Below are positions 47,397 to 61,600 of a stretch of 64,000 bases of DNA, piece after piece. Below the pieces are notes generated by a model. That model saw only the letters and a program-made list of their open reading frames with translations. It made no database searches and was not told the DNA's origin. Within the stretch, counting starts at the first letter, position 1, and every line of letters begins with the position of its first letter. A program made the translations under genes and the position numbers. The stretch spans positions 4,410-68,409 of the forward strand of contig OZ244851.1 of NCBI GenBank assembly GCA_965220925.1, given 5' to 3'. This DNA comes from Thermodesulfobacteriota bacterium. GTDB lineage: Bacteria; Desulfobacterota_D; UBA1144; Nemesobacterales; Nemesobacteraceae.

Positions 47397-49604
47397 ATGA
47401 AAAAGCTAATAATCGTCTCAAACAGGTTGCCGACGACAGTGCGGGAGGAAAACGGGAAACTTTCCTTTGAACCGAGCGTGGGCGGTGTCGCTACCGGACT
47501 TAGCTCTCTCGATACCGATTACGAGAACCACTGGATAGGCTGGTCGGGGGTGGATTACGGGAATCTCTCCCGGAAGCAGGTTGCCGAAGTAAAACGGCGG
47601 CTTGAAGAGGAGAATTTTTTTCCGGTAGATCTCAGCGCGCAAGAGGTTAAAGATTACTATCAAGGTTTTTGCAACGAGGTCATATGGCCGCTTTTTCATT
47701 ACTTCGTCCAGTATGGGACTTACAAAAAGAAGTTTTGGGAATCTTACACTAACGTGAATCGCAAGTTCGCCCAGGCTATACTCGATGTGGCTAGGCAAGG
47801 AGATTACATATGGATTCACGATTACCATCTTATGCTCGTTCCGGATCTTGTGAAAAAAGAGCTTCCCGACTCGAGTATAGGTTTTTTTCTTCATATACCT
47901 TTCCCCTCTTCCGAAATTTTCCGACTTATTCCCTGGTGTCGGGAAATAATACAGGGGCTCACGGGAGCGGACCTCATAGGTTTTCATACTTTCGACTACG
48001 TCAGGCATTTCGCCGAAAGCGTGAGGAGAATACTCGGGCACGAGCATTCTCTCGGAAGATTTATAATCGGAGAAAGAGAGATAAAAATCGATACTTTTCC
48101 CATGGGGATAGATTACGAGAAATTCTCCGTCGCGTATAGGAATAGAAACGTTAAGAAAAGAAAAAAAGAATTTAAAGACCTTCTCGGAAACGGTCGTAAG
48201 ATTATTCTCTCAATTGACCGTCTCGATTACTCAAAAGGAATTCCCGAGAGACTGAGAGCCTTCGATCTTTTTCTCAAAAACAATCCTCAATTTAGAAGCA
48301 AAGTGGTTCTGGTTCTGGTCGCCGTGCCTTCAAGAACCGAAGTTGTTCACTACAAGATACTGAAAAAAGAGGTTGACAATCTTGTCGGTTTGATAAACGG
48401 TCGCTATGGAACCATCGGCTGGAATCCCATTCACTATATGTACAGATCTTTCGGGTTTGAGGAACTAATCTCTCTCTACCTGACCGCGGACATACTTTTC
48501 ATTACCCCGCTTCGCGACGGCATGAATCTGATAGCCAAAGAGTATGTTGCCGCCCGACAGGACAAAACCGGTGTTCTTATACTTGGTGAGATGGCGGGGA
48601 CCGCCCAGGAATTGAGCGAGGCGATAATTATAAACCCAAACGACTTGGAAGCTACTTCGCGGGCGCTTGAAACCGCTTTCGACATGACCGAGGTGGAACA
48701 GAAAAAGCGGATGAAAACGATGCAAAACCGCCTCAGCAGATACGATGTCAAGACATGGACGGCGGATTTCATGCAGAGGCTTGACGAAACGAAAGAAAGA
48801 CAGCTTAAGATGGTCTCCCGTGTAGTGAGTCCTGAAATAGCGAGCGAACTGATAGAAAGATATAAAGCCAGTAAAAGATGTCTTTTTCTGCTCGATTATG
48901 ACGGTTCTCTCGTTTCTTTCAAGAACAATCCCCAAGACTCCAATCCAGATCCGAAACTTTATCGCGCGCTCGAGACGCTTTGTTCAAGGAAGGAAAACGA
49001 ACTTGTCATAATAAGCGGCAGGGACAGGAAAATTCTTACCGACTGGCTTGGAGACGTAACCGACGGTCTAGCGGCGGAGCATGGTCTTTGGATAAGGCGT
49101 GAGGAATGGGAGATGCTCGACATTGTCTCCGAGGGATGGAAAGAAGAAATAAGACCCATACTGGAGGTGTTTGTCGATAGGACCCCGGGATCTCTAATTG
49201 AAGAAAAAAACTATTCTCTAGCCTGGCATTACAGAAAAGTTGATCCCGCGCTTTCCGGCGTGAGGGTGGGAGAACTTAAAGATATGCTGTCGCACATAAC
49301 GGCGAATCTGGAAATTGGAATGCTTGAGGGAAACAAAGTTGTGGAAATCAAGGGTTCTTTTATAAACAAAGGCAAGGCGGCCGCTAAGTGGCTTAATTCG
49401 GAGAAATGGGATCTTATCGTATCGATAGGAGACGACTGGACCGACGAGGATATTTTCGAGCAACTTACAGATGAAGACTATTCAATAAAAGTGGGTTTCG
49501 GTCCATCAAAGGCCAGATACAGAGTTCGGTCGACAAACGAAGCTAGAGAACTTCTTTTTTCTCTGGAAGAGGTAACTAGGGAGATGGAAGAATTCAAAAC
49601 TTAG
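47397..49604 (+). CDS. otsA: Bifunctional trehalose-6-phosphate synthase / trehalose-6-phosphate phosphatase (OtsA-OtsB fusion)
   Basis: 735-aa ORF. The N-terminal ~480 aa form a GT20 trehalose-phosphate synthase (LIIVSNRLP, WIHDYHLMLVP). The C-terminal ~250 aa form a HAD phosphatase with the LFLLDYDGSL motif. Confidence 0.8.
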   Translation: MKKLIIVSNRLPTTVREENGKLSFEPSVGGVATGLSSLDTDYENHWIGWSGVDYGNLSRKQVAEVKRRLEEENFFPVDLSAQEVKDYYQGFCNEVIWPLFHYFVQYGTYKKKFWESYTNVNRKFAQAILDVARQGDYIWIHDYHLMLVPDLVKKELPDSSIGFFLHIPFPSSEIFRLIPWCREIIQGLTGADLIGFHTFDYVRHFAESVRRILGHEHSLGRFIIGEREIKIDTFPMGIDYEKFSVAYRNRNVKKRKKEFKDLLGNGRKIILSIDRLDYSKGIPERLRAFDLFLKNNPQFRSKVVLVLVAVPSRTEVVHYKILKKEVDNLVGLINGRYGTIGWNPIHYMYRSFGFEELISLYLTADILFITPLRDGMNLIAKEYVAARQDKTGVLILGEMAGTAQELSEAIIINPNDLEATSRALETAFDMTEVEQKKRMKTMQNRLSRYDVKTWTADFMQRLDETKERQLKMVSRVVSPEIASELIERYKASKRCLFLLDYDGSLVSFKNNPQDSNPDPKLYRALETLCSRKENELVIISGRDRKILTDWLGDVTDGLAAEHGLWIRREEWEMLDIVSEGWKEEIRPILEVFVDRTPGSLIEEKNYSLAWHYRKVDPALSGVRVGELKDMLSHITANLEIGMLEGNKVVEIKGSFINKGKAAAKWLNSEKWDLIVSIGDDWTDEDIFEQLTDEDYSIKVGFGPSKARYRVRSTNEARELLFSLEEVTREMEEFKT

Positions 49605-49624
49605 TTGATTTGTCTATTAAATGC

Positions 49625-49654
49625 TTGATTTGTTTGTAATGCTAGTTATATAAT
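49625..49654 (+). promoter_or_regulatory. Candidate sigma70-type promoter for the giant repeat-protein gene (TTGATT-18 bp-TATAAT)
   Basis: TTGATT at 49625-49630 and TATAAT at 49649-49654, 10-25 nt upstream of the candidate GTG/TTG starts. A second TTGATT copy lies 20 nt further upstream. Confidence 0.4.
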
Positions 49655-49663
49655 GGGGTTACA

Positions 49664-52600
49664 GTGGGTTGGAGTATTTTGCTTTACTCGAAAATTGTTT
49701 CGTCGATTAGACGTGGTTTCAGGTGCGTAGTCGACTCGTTTGTCGTATTTTCCCTTGTGGCAGTATTTCTTTTGTTTTTGACCTCGGGGGCTCAATACGC
49801 GAAAGCGCAGTCTGTCCCCGCCAAGCCTGATCATTTCACCGTGGGAGTGTCTGGACTCGGTTTTAACGGTCAAGCCCAATTAAACTGGAGAAACCCGAAT
49901 AACCCCAACATAACGAAGTATCAGGTACGGCATAAGGCTGGAACGAGCTTCACATCCTTAGATAGTTGGGTGGATATTCCAGGTAGCGGTGCCAGCACAA
50001 GGAATCATCTTATAACAAATCTGACATTTGGAACGACCTATGCGTTCCAGGTACGGGCGGTGAATGGTAACGGAAACGGAGCGGCGAGCGATGTGCTAAC
50101 GGCGGCACCGACGCCATTGCCAGGTCCCAATGCTGCTGGCAGATTTGTTCATACACCAACAAATGTGGTAGTGGGACTTCCCGGGTTTAACAAGGTCAGT
50201 GTCAGTTGGGATTGGGATGATCCCATATGTTCCGCGCTTTCCGGTGAGCCCTACCTATATGAGGTTGTATACAGGAAGACTACAGGGGGAGTAGCTTGGG
50301 ATACGAACGATAGGGAGACCGACGCAGGTTCTTACGAAATTTACAGCGGAGCAACAACACTAGTGTTTCCTCTGGATGGATTTTTTGGAGAACCAGTATT
50401 GGATCCAGGGGAGTACGAAATCAGCGTTAACTACGCTGGTGGTAATCCCCCATGCAAATCAGGACCTACTGTGGCCGCATTTGGTTCTTGGACCTCTCCG
50501 GTCAGGGTCATGGTACCGGAGCTGTTAAAACTAACAGGGACTCCAGTAACGTTAACGGAGGGAGGTAGTGCCGAGACGTTCAGTGTGGCGTTGAGTGAAG
50601 AGCCGACGGGTAATGTGACGGTAACGGTAACGAGCAATGACACGGGAGCGGCGACGGTATCACCGAGCAGTCTTACGTTCACGCCCACAAACTATTCAAC
50701 GGCACAGGACGTAACTGTAACGCCTGTAGACGATAACGACGCGTTGGATGAGAGTGTATCGGTAAGTTTGAACGCTTCGGGAGGCGGATACGACGGAGCG
50801 GGTAAATATGTAACAGTAACGGTAACGGATGATGAGGATACGACGTTAGAACTTACGGGAACGCCTGTAAGCGTAACGGAGGGCGGAGCGGCGGGAACGT
50901 TCAGCGTGAAGTTAAGCGCGGAGCCGACGGAGACAGTAACGGTAACGGTAACAAGCGACGACACGGGAGCGGCGACGGTATCACCCGATACGTTAACGTT
51001 CACAACTACAGACTACGCGACGACGCAGGATGTAACTGTAACGCCAGTAGACGATAACGACGCGTTGGATGAGAGTGTAACGGTAAGTCTTGACGCTACT
51101 GGAGGGGGCTATGACGACTCGGATGAAGATGTAGCTGTAACGGTGACGGATGATGAGGATACGACGTTAGAACTTACGGGTACGCCAGTAAGCCTAACGG
51201 AAGGCGGAGCGGCCGGAACGTTCAGTGTGAAGTTAAGCGCGGAGCCGACGGAGACAGTAACTGTAACGGTAACAAGTGACGACACGGGAGCGGCGACGGT
51301 ATCACCCGGAACATTGACGTTCACTGTGGCAAACTACGCGACCACGCAAGACGTAACTGTAACGCCGGTAGACGATAACGACGCGTTGGATGAGAGTGTA
51401 ACGGTAAGTCTTGACGCTACTGGAGGGGGCTATAACGACTCGGATGAAGATGTAGCTGTAACGGTAACGGATGATGAGGATACGACATTAGAACTTACGG
51501 GTACGCCTGTAAACATAACGGAGGGAGGAGCGGCCGGGACGTTCAGTGTGAAGTTAAGCGCGGAGCCAACGGCAACGGTAACGGTAACAGTAACAAGTGA
51601 CGACACAGGAGCGGCGACGGTCTCACCCGGAACATTGACGTTCACTGTGGCAAACTACGCGACCACTCAGGATGTAACTGTAACGCCGGTAGACGATAAC
51701 GACGCGTTGGACGAGAGCGTAACGGTAAGTCTTGACGCAAGTGGAGGAGGGTATAACGACTCGGATGAGGATGTAGCTGTAACGGTAACGGATGACGAGG
51801 ATACGACATTGACGCTAAGCGTCGCTACTGTGTCTGTAACGGAGGGAGGAGCGGCCGGGACGTTCAGTGTGAGTTTAAGCGCTGAGCCGACGGCAACAGT
51901 AACTGTAACGGTAACAAGTGACGACACAGGGGCGGCGACTGTATCACCCGGGACATTAACGTTCACAACTACAAACTACGCGACCACTCAGGATGTAACG
52001 GTAACGCCAGTGGATGATAACGACGCGTTGGATGAGAGCGTAACGGTAAGCCTTGACGCAAGTGGAGGGGGCTATAACGACTCGGATGAGGATGTAGCTG
52101 TAACGGTAACGGATGATGAGGATACGACGTTAGAACTTACGGGAACTCCTGTAAACATAACGGAGGGAGGAGCGGCCGGGACATTCAGTGTGAAGTTAAG
52201 CGCTGAGCCAACGGCAACAGTAACGGTAACGGTAACAAGCGACGACACGGGAGCGGCGACGGTATCACCCGGGACATTAACGTTCACGACTACAAACTAC
52301 GCGACGACGCAGGACGTAACTGTAACGCCAGTGGATGATAACGACGCGTTGGATGAGAATGTAACGGTAAGTCTTGACGCAAGTGGAGGAGGATATAACG
52401 ACTCGGATGAGGATGTAGCTGTAACGGTAACGGATGACGAGGATACGACATTGACGCTAAGCGTCGCTACTGTGTCTGTAACGGAGGGAGGAGCGGCCGG
52501 GACATTCAGTGTGAAGTTAAGCGCGGAGCCGACGGCAACAGTAACTGTAACGGTAACAAGTGACGACACAGGGGCGGCGACGGTATCACCCGGGACATTA

Positions 52601-55600
52601 ACGTTCACAACTACAAACTACGCGACCACTCAGGACGTAACTGTAACGCCGGTAGACGATAACGACGCGTTGGATGAGAGCGTAACGGTAAGCCTGGACG
52701 CAAGTGGAGGGGGATATAACGACTCGGATGAGGATGTAGCTGTAACGGTAACGGATGATGAGGATACGACGTTAGAACTTGCGGGTACGCCTGTAAGCGT
52801 AACGGAGGGAGGAGCGGCCGGGACATTCAGTGTGAAGTTAAGCGCTGAGCCAACGGCAACAGTAACGGTAACGGTAACAAGTGACGACACGGGAGCGGCG
52901 ACGGTCTCACCCGGAACATTAACGTTCACAACTACAAACTACGCGACCACTCAGGACGTAACTGTAACGCCAGTGGATGATAACGACGCGTTGGATGAGA
53001 ATGTAACGGTAAGCCTTGACGCAAGTGGAGGCGGGTATAACGACTCGGATGAGGATGTAGCTGTAACGGTAACGGATGACGAGGATACGACGTTAGAACT
53101 TACGGGAACTCCTGTAAACATAACGGAGGGAGGAGCGGCCGGGACATTCAGTGTGAAGTTAAGCGCGGAGCCAACGGCAACGGTAACTGTAACAGTAACA
53201 AGCGACGACACGGGAGCGGCGACGGTATCACCCGGAACATTAACGTTCACTGTGGCAAACTACGCGACCACACAGGACGTAACGGTAACGCCGGTAGATG
53301 ATAACGACGCGTTGGATGAGAATGTAACGGTAAGCCTTGACGCAAGTGGAGGCGGGTATAACGACTCGGATGAGGATATAGCTGTAACGGTAACGGATGA
53401 TGAGGATACGACGTTAGAACTTGCGGGTACGCCCGTAAACATAACGGAGGGAGGAGCGGCCGGGACGTTCAGTGTGAAGTTAAGCGCGGAGCCAACGGCA
53501 ACGGTAACTGTAACGGTAACGAGTGACGACACGGGAGCGGCGACGGTCTCACCCGGAACATTAACGTTCACAACTACAAACTACGCGACGACGCAGGACG
53601 TAACTGTAACGCCGGTAGATGATAACGACGCGTTGGATGAGAATGTAACGGTAAGTCTAGACGCAAGTGGAGGAGGATATAACGACTCGGATGAGGATGT
53701 AGCTGTAACGGTAACGGATGACGAGGATACGACATTGACGCTAAGCGTCGCTACTGTGTCTGTAACGGAGGGAGGAGCGGCCGGGACGTTCAGTGTGAGT
53801 TTAAGCGCTGAGCCTACGGCAACAGTAACTGTAACGGTAACAAGTGACGACACAGGGGCGGTGACGGTATCACCCGGGACATTAACGTTCACAACTACAA
53901 ACTACGCGACCACTCAGGACGTAACTGTAACGCCGGTAGATGATAACGACGCGTTGGATGAGAATGTAACGGTAAGCCTGGACGCAAGTGGAGGGGGGTA
54001 TAACGACTCGGATGAGGATGTAGCTGTAACGGTAACGGATGACGAGGATACGACGTTAGAACTTACGGGAACGCCTGTAAACATAACGGAGGGAGGAGCG
54101 GCCGGGACGTTTAGTGTGAAGTTAAGCGCTGAGCCAACGGCAACAGTAACTGTAACGGTAACAAGTGACGACACAGGGGCGGCGACGGTATCACCCGGAA
54201 CATTAACGTTCACAACTACAAACTACGCGACCACTCAGGACGTAACGGTAACGCCGGTAGATGATAACGACGCGTTGGATGAGAATGTAACGGTAAGTCT
54301 TGACGCAAGTGGAGGAGGGTATAACGACTCGGATGAGGATGTAGCTGTAACGGTAACGGATGACGAGGATACGACATTGACGCTAAGCGTCGCTACTGTG
54401 TCTGTAACGGAGGGAGGAGCGGCCGGGACGTTCAGTGTGAGTTTAAGCGCTGAGCCGACGGCAACAGTAACTGTAACGGTAACAAGTGACGACACAGGGG
54501 CGGCGACGGTATCACCCGGGACATTAACGTTCACAACTACAAACTACGCGACCACTCAGGATGTAACGGTAACGCCAGTGGATGATAACGACGCGTTGGA
54601 TGAGAGCGTAACGGTAAGCCTTGACGCAAGTGGAGGCGGGTATAACGACTCGGATGAGGATGTAGCTGTAACGGTAACGGATGATGAGGATACGACGTTA
54701 GAACTTACGGGAACTCCTGTAAACATAACGGAGGGAGGAGCGGCCGGGACATTCAGTGTGAAGTTAAGCGCTGAGCCAACGGCAACAGTAACTGTAACGG
54801 TAACAAGTGACGACACGGGAGCGGCGACGGTATCACCCGGGACATTGACGTTCACAACTACAAACTACGCGACGACGCAGGACGTAACTGTAACGCCGGT
54901 AGATGATAACGACGCGTTGGATGAGAATGTAACGGTAAGTCTTGACGCAAGTGGAGGAGGATATAACGACTCGGATGAGGATGTAGCTGTAACGGTAACG
55001 GATGACGAGGATACGACATTGACGCTAAGCGTCGCTACTGTGTCTGTAACGGAGGGAGGAGCGGCCGGGACATTCAGTGTGAGTTTAAGCGCTGAGCCGA
55101 CGGCAACAGTAACTGTAACGGTAACAAGTGACGACACAGGAGCGGCGACGGTCTCACCCGGGACATTAACGTTCACAACTACAAACTACGCGACCACTCA
55201 GGATGTAACGGTAACGCCAGTGGATGATAACGACGCGTTGGATGAGAGCGTAACGGTAAGCCTGGACGCAAGTGGAGGGGGATATAACGACTCGGATGAG
55301 GATGTAGCTGTAACGGTAACGGATGATGAGGATACGACGTTAGAACTTACGGGAACTCCTGTAACGATAGTAGAAGGAGGAAACGCGGGAGCGTTCAGCG
55401 TGAGGTTAAGCGCTGAGCCAACGGCAACAGTAACTGTAACAGTAACAAGCGACGACACTGGAGCGGCGACGGTATCACCCGGGACATTAACGTTCACAAC
55501 TACAAACTACGCGACGACGCAGGATGTAACGGTAACGCCGGTAGACGATAACGACGCGTTGGATGAGAATGTAACGGTAAGCCTGGACGCAAGTGGAGGG

Positions 55601-58600
55601 GGCTATAACGACTCGGATGAGGATGTAGCTGTAACGGTAACGGATGATGAGGATACGACATTGACGCTAAGCGTTGCTACTGTGTCTGTAACGGAGGGAG
55701 GAGCGGCCGGGACGTTCAGTGTGAGTTTAAGCGCGGAGCCAACGGCAACGGTAACGGTAACGGTAACAAGCGACGACACAGGAGCGGCGACTGTATCACC
55801 CGGGACATTAACGTTCACAACTACAAACTATGCGACCACTCAGGACGTAACTGTAACGCCGGTAGATGATAACGACGCGTTGGATGAGAATGTAACGGTA
55901 AGCCTTGACGCAAGTGGAGGCGGGTATAACGACTCGGATGAGGATGTAGCTGTAACGGTAACGGATGATGAGGATACGACGTTAGAACTTACGGGAACGC
56001 CTGTAAACATAACGGAGGGAGGAGCGGCCGGGACATTCAGTGTGAAGTTAAGCGCGGAGCCAACGGCAACGGTAACGGTAACGGTAACAAGTGACGACAC
56101 AGGGGCGGCGACGGTATCACCCGGAACATTAACGTTCACAACTACAAACTACGCGACCACTCAGGACGTAACGGTAACGCCGGTAGATGATAACGACGCG
56201 TTGGATGAGAATGTAACGGTAAGCCTTGACGCAAGTGGAGGCGGGTATAACGACTCGGATGAGGATGTAGCTGTAACGGTAACGGATGATGAGGATACGA
56301 CGTTAGAACTTACGGGAACTCCTGTAACGATAGTAGAAGGAGGAAACGCGGGAACGTTCAGCGTGAAGTTAAGCGCTGAGCCAACGGCAACGGTAACGGT
56401 AACGGTAACAAGCGACGACACTGGAGCGGCGACTGTCTCACCCGGGACATTAACGTTCACAACTACAAACTACGCGACGACGCAGGACGTAACTGTAACG
56501 CCGGTAGATGATAACGACGCGTTGGATGAGAATGTAACGGTAAGCCTAGACGCAAGTGGAGGGGGGTATAACGACTCGGATGAGGATGTAGCTGTAACGG
56601 TAACGGATGACGAGGATACGACATTGACGCTAAGCGTCGCTACTGTGTCTGTAACGGAGGGAGGAGCGGCCGGGACATTCAGTGTGAAGTTAAGCGCGGA
56701 GCCAACGGCAACAGTAACTGTAACGGTAACAAGCGACGACACAGGGGCGGCGACGGTATCACCCGGGACATTAACGTTCACAACTACAAACTACGCGACG
56801 ACGCAGGACGTAACTGTAACGCCGGTAGATGATAACGACGCGTTGGATGAGAATGTAACGGTAAGTCTAGACGCAAGTGGAGGAGGATATAACGACTCGG
56901 ATGAGGATGTAGCTGTAACGGTAACGGATGACGAGGATACGACATTGACGCTAAGCGTCGCTACTGTGTCTGTAACGGAGGGAGGAGCGGCCGGTACGTT
57001 CAGTGTGAGTTTAAGCGCTGAGCCTACGGCAACAGTAACTGTAACGGTAACAAGCGACGACACAGGGGCGGCGACGGTCTCACCCGGAACATTGACGTTC
57101 ACTGTGGCAAACTACGCGACCACTCAGGACGTAACTGTAACGCCAGTGGATGATAACGACGCGTTGGATGAGAATGTAACGGTAAGCCTGGACGCAAGTG
57201 GAGGAGGATATAACGACTCGGATGAGGATGTAGCTGTAACGGTAACGGATGATGAGGATACGACGTTATCGTTAAGTGGAACTCCGGTAACTGTCGTAGA
57301 GGGAGGAAACGCGGGAACGTTCAGCGTGAGGTTAAGCGCGGAGCCAACGGCAACGGTAACGGTAACGGTAACAAGCGACGACACAGGAGCGGCGACGGTC
57401 TCACCCGGAACATTGACGTTCACAACTACAAACTACGCGACGACGCAGGACGTAACTGTAACGCCGGTAGATGATAACGACGCGTTGGATGAGAGCGTAA
57501 CGGTAAGCCTTGACGCAAGTGGAGGGGGGTATAACGACTCGGATGAGGATGTATCGGTAACGGTAACGGATGACGAGGATACGACGTTAGAACTTACGGG
57601 AACTCCTGTAAACATAACGGAGGGAGGAGCGGCCGGGACGTTCAGTGTGAAGTTAAGCGCTGAGCCAACGGCAACAGTAACTGTAACGGTAACAAGTGAC
57701 GACACGGGGGCGGCGACGGTATCACCCGGGACATTAACGTTCACAACTACAAACTACGCGACGACGCAGGACGTAACGGTAACGCCAGTGGACGATAACG
57801 ACGCGTTGGATGAGAGCGTAACGGTAAGCCTGGACGCAAGTGGAGGAGGATATAACGACTCGGATGAGGATGTAGCTGTAACGGTAACGGATGATGAGGA
57901 TACGACGTTAGAACTTACGGGAACTCCTGTAAACATAACGGAGGGAGGAGCGGCCGGGACGTTCAGTGTGAAGTTAAGCGCTGAGCCAACGGCAACGGTA
58001 ACTGTAACGGTAACAAGTGACGACACGGGGGCGGCGACGGTATCACCCGGGACATTAACGTTCACAACTACAAACTACGCGACGACGCAGGACGTAACGG
58101 TAACGCCAGTGGACGATAACGACGCGTTGGATGAGAATGTAACGGTAAGTCTAGACGCAAGTGGAGGGGGGTATAACGACTCGGATGAGGATGTAGCTGT
58201 AACGGTAACGGATGATGAGGATACGACGTTAGAACTTACGGGTACTCCTGTAAACATAACGGAGGGAGGAGCGGCCGGGACGTTCAGTGTGAAGTTAAGC
58301 GCGGAGCCAACGGCAACGGTAACGGTAACGGTAACAAGTGACGACACAGGGGCGGCGACGGTATCACCCGGAACATTAACGTTCACAACTACAAACTACG
58401 CGACCACTCAGGACGTAACGGTAACGCCGGTAGACGATAACGACGCGTTGGATGAGAGTGTAACGGTAAGTCTTGACGCAAGTGGAGGAGGGTATAACGA
58501 CTCGGATGAGGATGTAGCTGTAACGGTAACGGATGACGAGGATACGACATTGACGCTAAGCGTCGCTACTGTGTCTGTAACGGAGGGAGGAGCGGCCGGG

Positions 58601-61600
58601 ACGTTCAGTGTGAGTTTAAGCGCTGAGCCGACGGCAACAGTAACTGTAACGGTAACAAGTGACGACACAGGGGCGGTGACGGTATCACCCGGGACATTAA
58701 CGTTCACAACTACAAACTACGCGACCACTCAGGATGTAACGGTAACGCCAGTGGATGATAACGACGCGTTGGATGAGAGCGTAACGGTAAGCCTTGACGC
58801 AAGTGGAGGGGGCTATAACGACTCGGATGAGGATGTAGCTGTAACGGTAACGGATGATGAGGATACGACGTTAGAACTTACGGGAACTCCTGTAAACATA
58901 ACGGAGGGAGGAGCGGCCGGGACATTCAGTGTGAAGTTAAGCGCTGAGCCAACGGCAACAGTAACGGTAACGGTAACAAGTGACGACACGGGAGCGGCGA
59001 CGGTATCACCCGGGACATTAACGTTCACAACTACAAACTACGCGACGACGCAGGACGTAACTGTAACGCCGGTAGATGATAACGACGCGTTGGATGAGAA
59101 TGTAACGGTAAGTCTAGACGCAAGTGGAGGGGGCTATAACGACTCGGATGAGGATGTAGCTGTAACGGTAACGGATGACGAGGATACGACGTTAGAACTT
59201 ACGGGTACGCCTGTAAACATAACGGAGGGAGGAGCGGCCGGGACGTTTAGTGTGAAGTTAAGCGCTGAGCCTACGGCAACGGTAACTGTAACAGTAACAA
59301 GCGACGACACGGGAGCGGCGACGGTATCACCCGGGACATTAACGTTCACTGTGGCAAACTACGCGACGACGCAGGACGTAACTGTAACGCCAGTGGATGA
59401 TAACGACGCGTTGGATGAGAATGTAACGGTAAGCCTTGACGCAAGTGGAGGAGGATATAACGACTCGGATGAGGATGTAGCTGTAACGGTAACGGATGAT
59501 GAGGATACGACGTTAGAACTTACGGGAACTCCTGTAACGATAGTAGAAGGAGGAAACGCGGGAGCGTTCAGCGTGAGGTTAAGCGCTGAGCCGACGGCAA
59601 CAGTAACGGTAACGGTAACAAGTGACGACACGGGAGCGGCGACGGTCTCACCCGGGACATTAACGTTCACAACTACAAACTACGCGACCACTCAGGATGT
59701 AACGGTAACGCCGGTAGACGATAACGACGCGTTGGATGAGAATGTAACGGTAAGCCTGGACGCAAGTGGAGGAGGATATAACGACTCGGATGAGGATGTA
59801 GCTGTAACGGTAACGGATGACGAGGATACGACGTTAGAACTTACGGGTACGCCTGTAAGCGTAACGGAGGGAGGAGCGGCCGGGACGTTTAGTGTGAGGT
59901 TAAGCGCTGAGCCAACGGCAACAGTAACTGTAACGGTAACAAGCGACGACACGGGAGCGGCGACGGTATCACCCGGAACATTAACGTTCACAACTACAAA
60001 CTACGCGACCACTCAGGACGTAACGGTAACGCCAGTAGACGATAACGACGCGTTGGATGAGAATGTAACGGTAAGCCTGGACGCAAGTGGAGGGGGATAT
60101 AACGACTCGGATGAGGATGTAGCTGTAACGGTAACGGATGATGAGGATACGACGTTAGAACTTACGGGAACTCCTGTAACGATAGTAGAAGGAGGAAACG
60201 CGGGAACGTTCAGTGTGAGTTTAAGCGCGGAGCCAACGGCAACAGTAACTGTAACAGTAACAAGCGACGACACTGGAGCGGCGACTGTCTCACCCGGGAC
60301 ATTAACGTTCACAACTACAAACTACGCGACGACGCAGGACGTAACTGTAACGCCAGTAGACGATAACGACGCGTTGGATGAGAATGTAACGGTAAGCCTT
60401 GACGCAAGTGGAGGGGGCTATAACGACTCGGATGAGGATGTAGCTGTAACGGTAACGGATGATGAGGATACGACATTATCGTTAAGTGGAACTCCGGTAA
60501 CTGTCGTAGAGGGAGGAAACGCGGGAACGTTCAGCGTGAGGTTAAGCGCTGAGCCTACGGCAACAGTAACGGTAACAGTAACAAGTGACGATACAGGAGC
60601 GGCGACGGTCTCACCCGGGACATTGACGTTCACAACTACAAACTACGCGACGACGCAGGACGTAACTGTAACGCCGGTAGATGATAACGACGCGTTGGAT
60701 GAGAATGTAACGGTAAGCCTTGACGCAAGTGGAGGAGGATATAACGACTCGGATGAGGATGTAGCTGTAACGGTAACGGATGACGAGGATACGACATTGA
60801 CGCTAAGCGTCGCTACTGTGTCTGTAACGGAGGGAGGAGCGGCCGGGACATTCAGTGTGAGTTTAAGCGCGGAGCCGACGGCAACAGTAACTGTAACGGT
60901 AACAAGTGACGACACAGGGGCGGCGACGGTATCACCCGGGACATTAACGTTCACAACTACAAACTACGCGACCACTCAGGATGTAACTGTAACGCCAGTG
61001 GATGATAACGACGCGTTGGATGAGAGCGTAACGGTAAGCCTTGACGCAAGTGGAGGGGGGTATAACGACTCGGATGAGGATGTAGCTGTAACGGTAACGG
61101 ACGATGAGGATACGACGTTAGAACTTACGGGTACTCCTGTAAACATAACGGAGGGAGGAGCGGCCGGTACGTTCAGTGTGAGTTTAAGCGCGGAGCCAAC
61201 GGCAACGGTAACGGTAACGGTAACAAGCGACGACACGGGAGCGGCGACGGTATCACCCGGGACATTGACGTTCACAACTACAAACTACGCGACGACGCAG
61301 GACGTAACTGTAACGCCGGTAGATGATAACGACGCGTTGGATGAGAATGTAACGGTAAGTCTTGACGCAAGTGGAGGAGGATATAACGACTCGGATGAGG
61401 ATGTAGCTGTAACGGTAACGGATGACGAGGATACGACATTGACGCTAAGCGTCGCTACTGTGTCTGTAACGGAGGGAGGAGCGGCCGGGACATTCAGTGT
61501 GAGTTTAAGCGCGGAGCCGACGGCAACAGTAACTGTAACGGTAACAAGTGACGACACAGGGGCGGCGACGGTCTCACCCGGGACATTAACGTTCACAACT

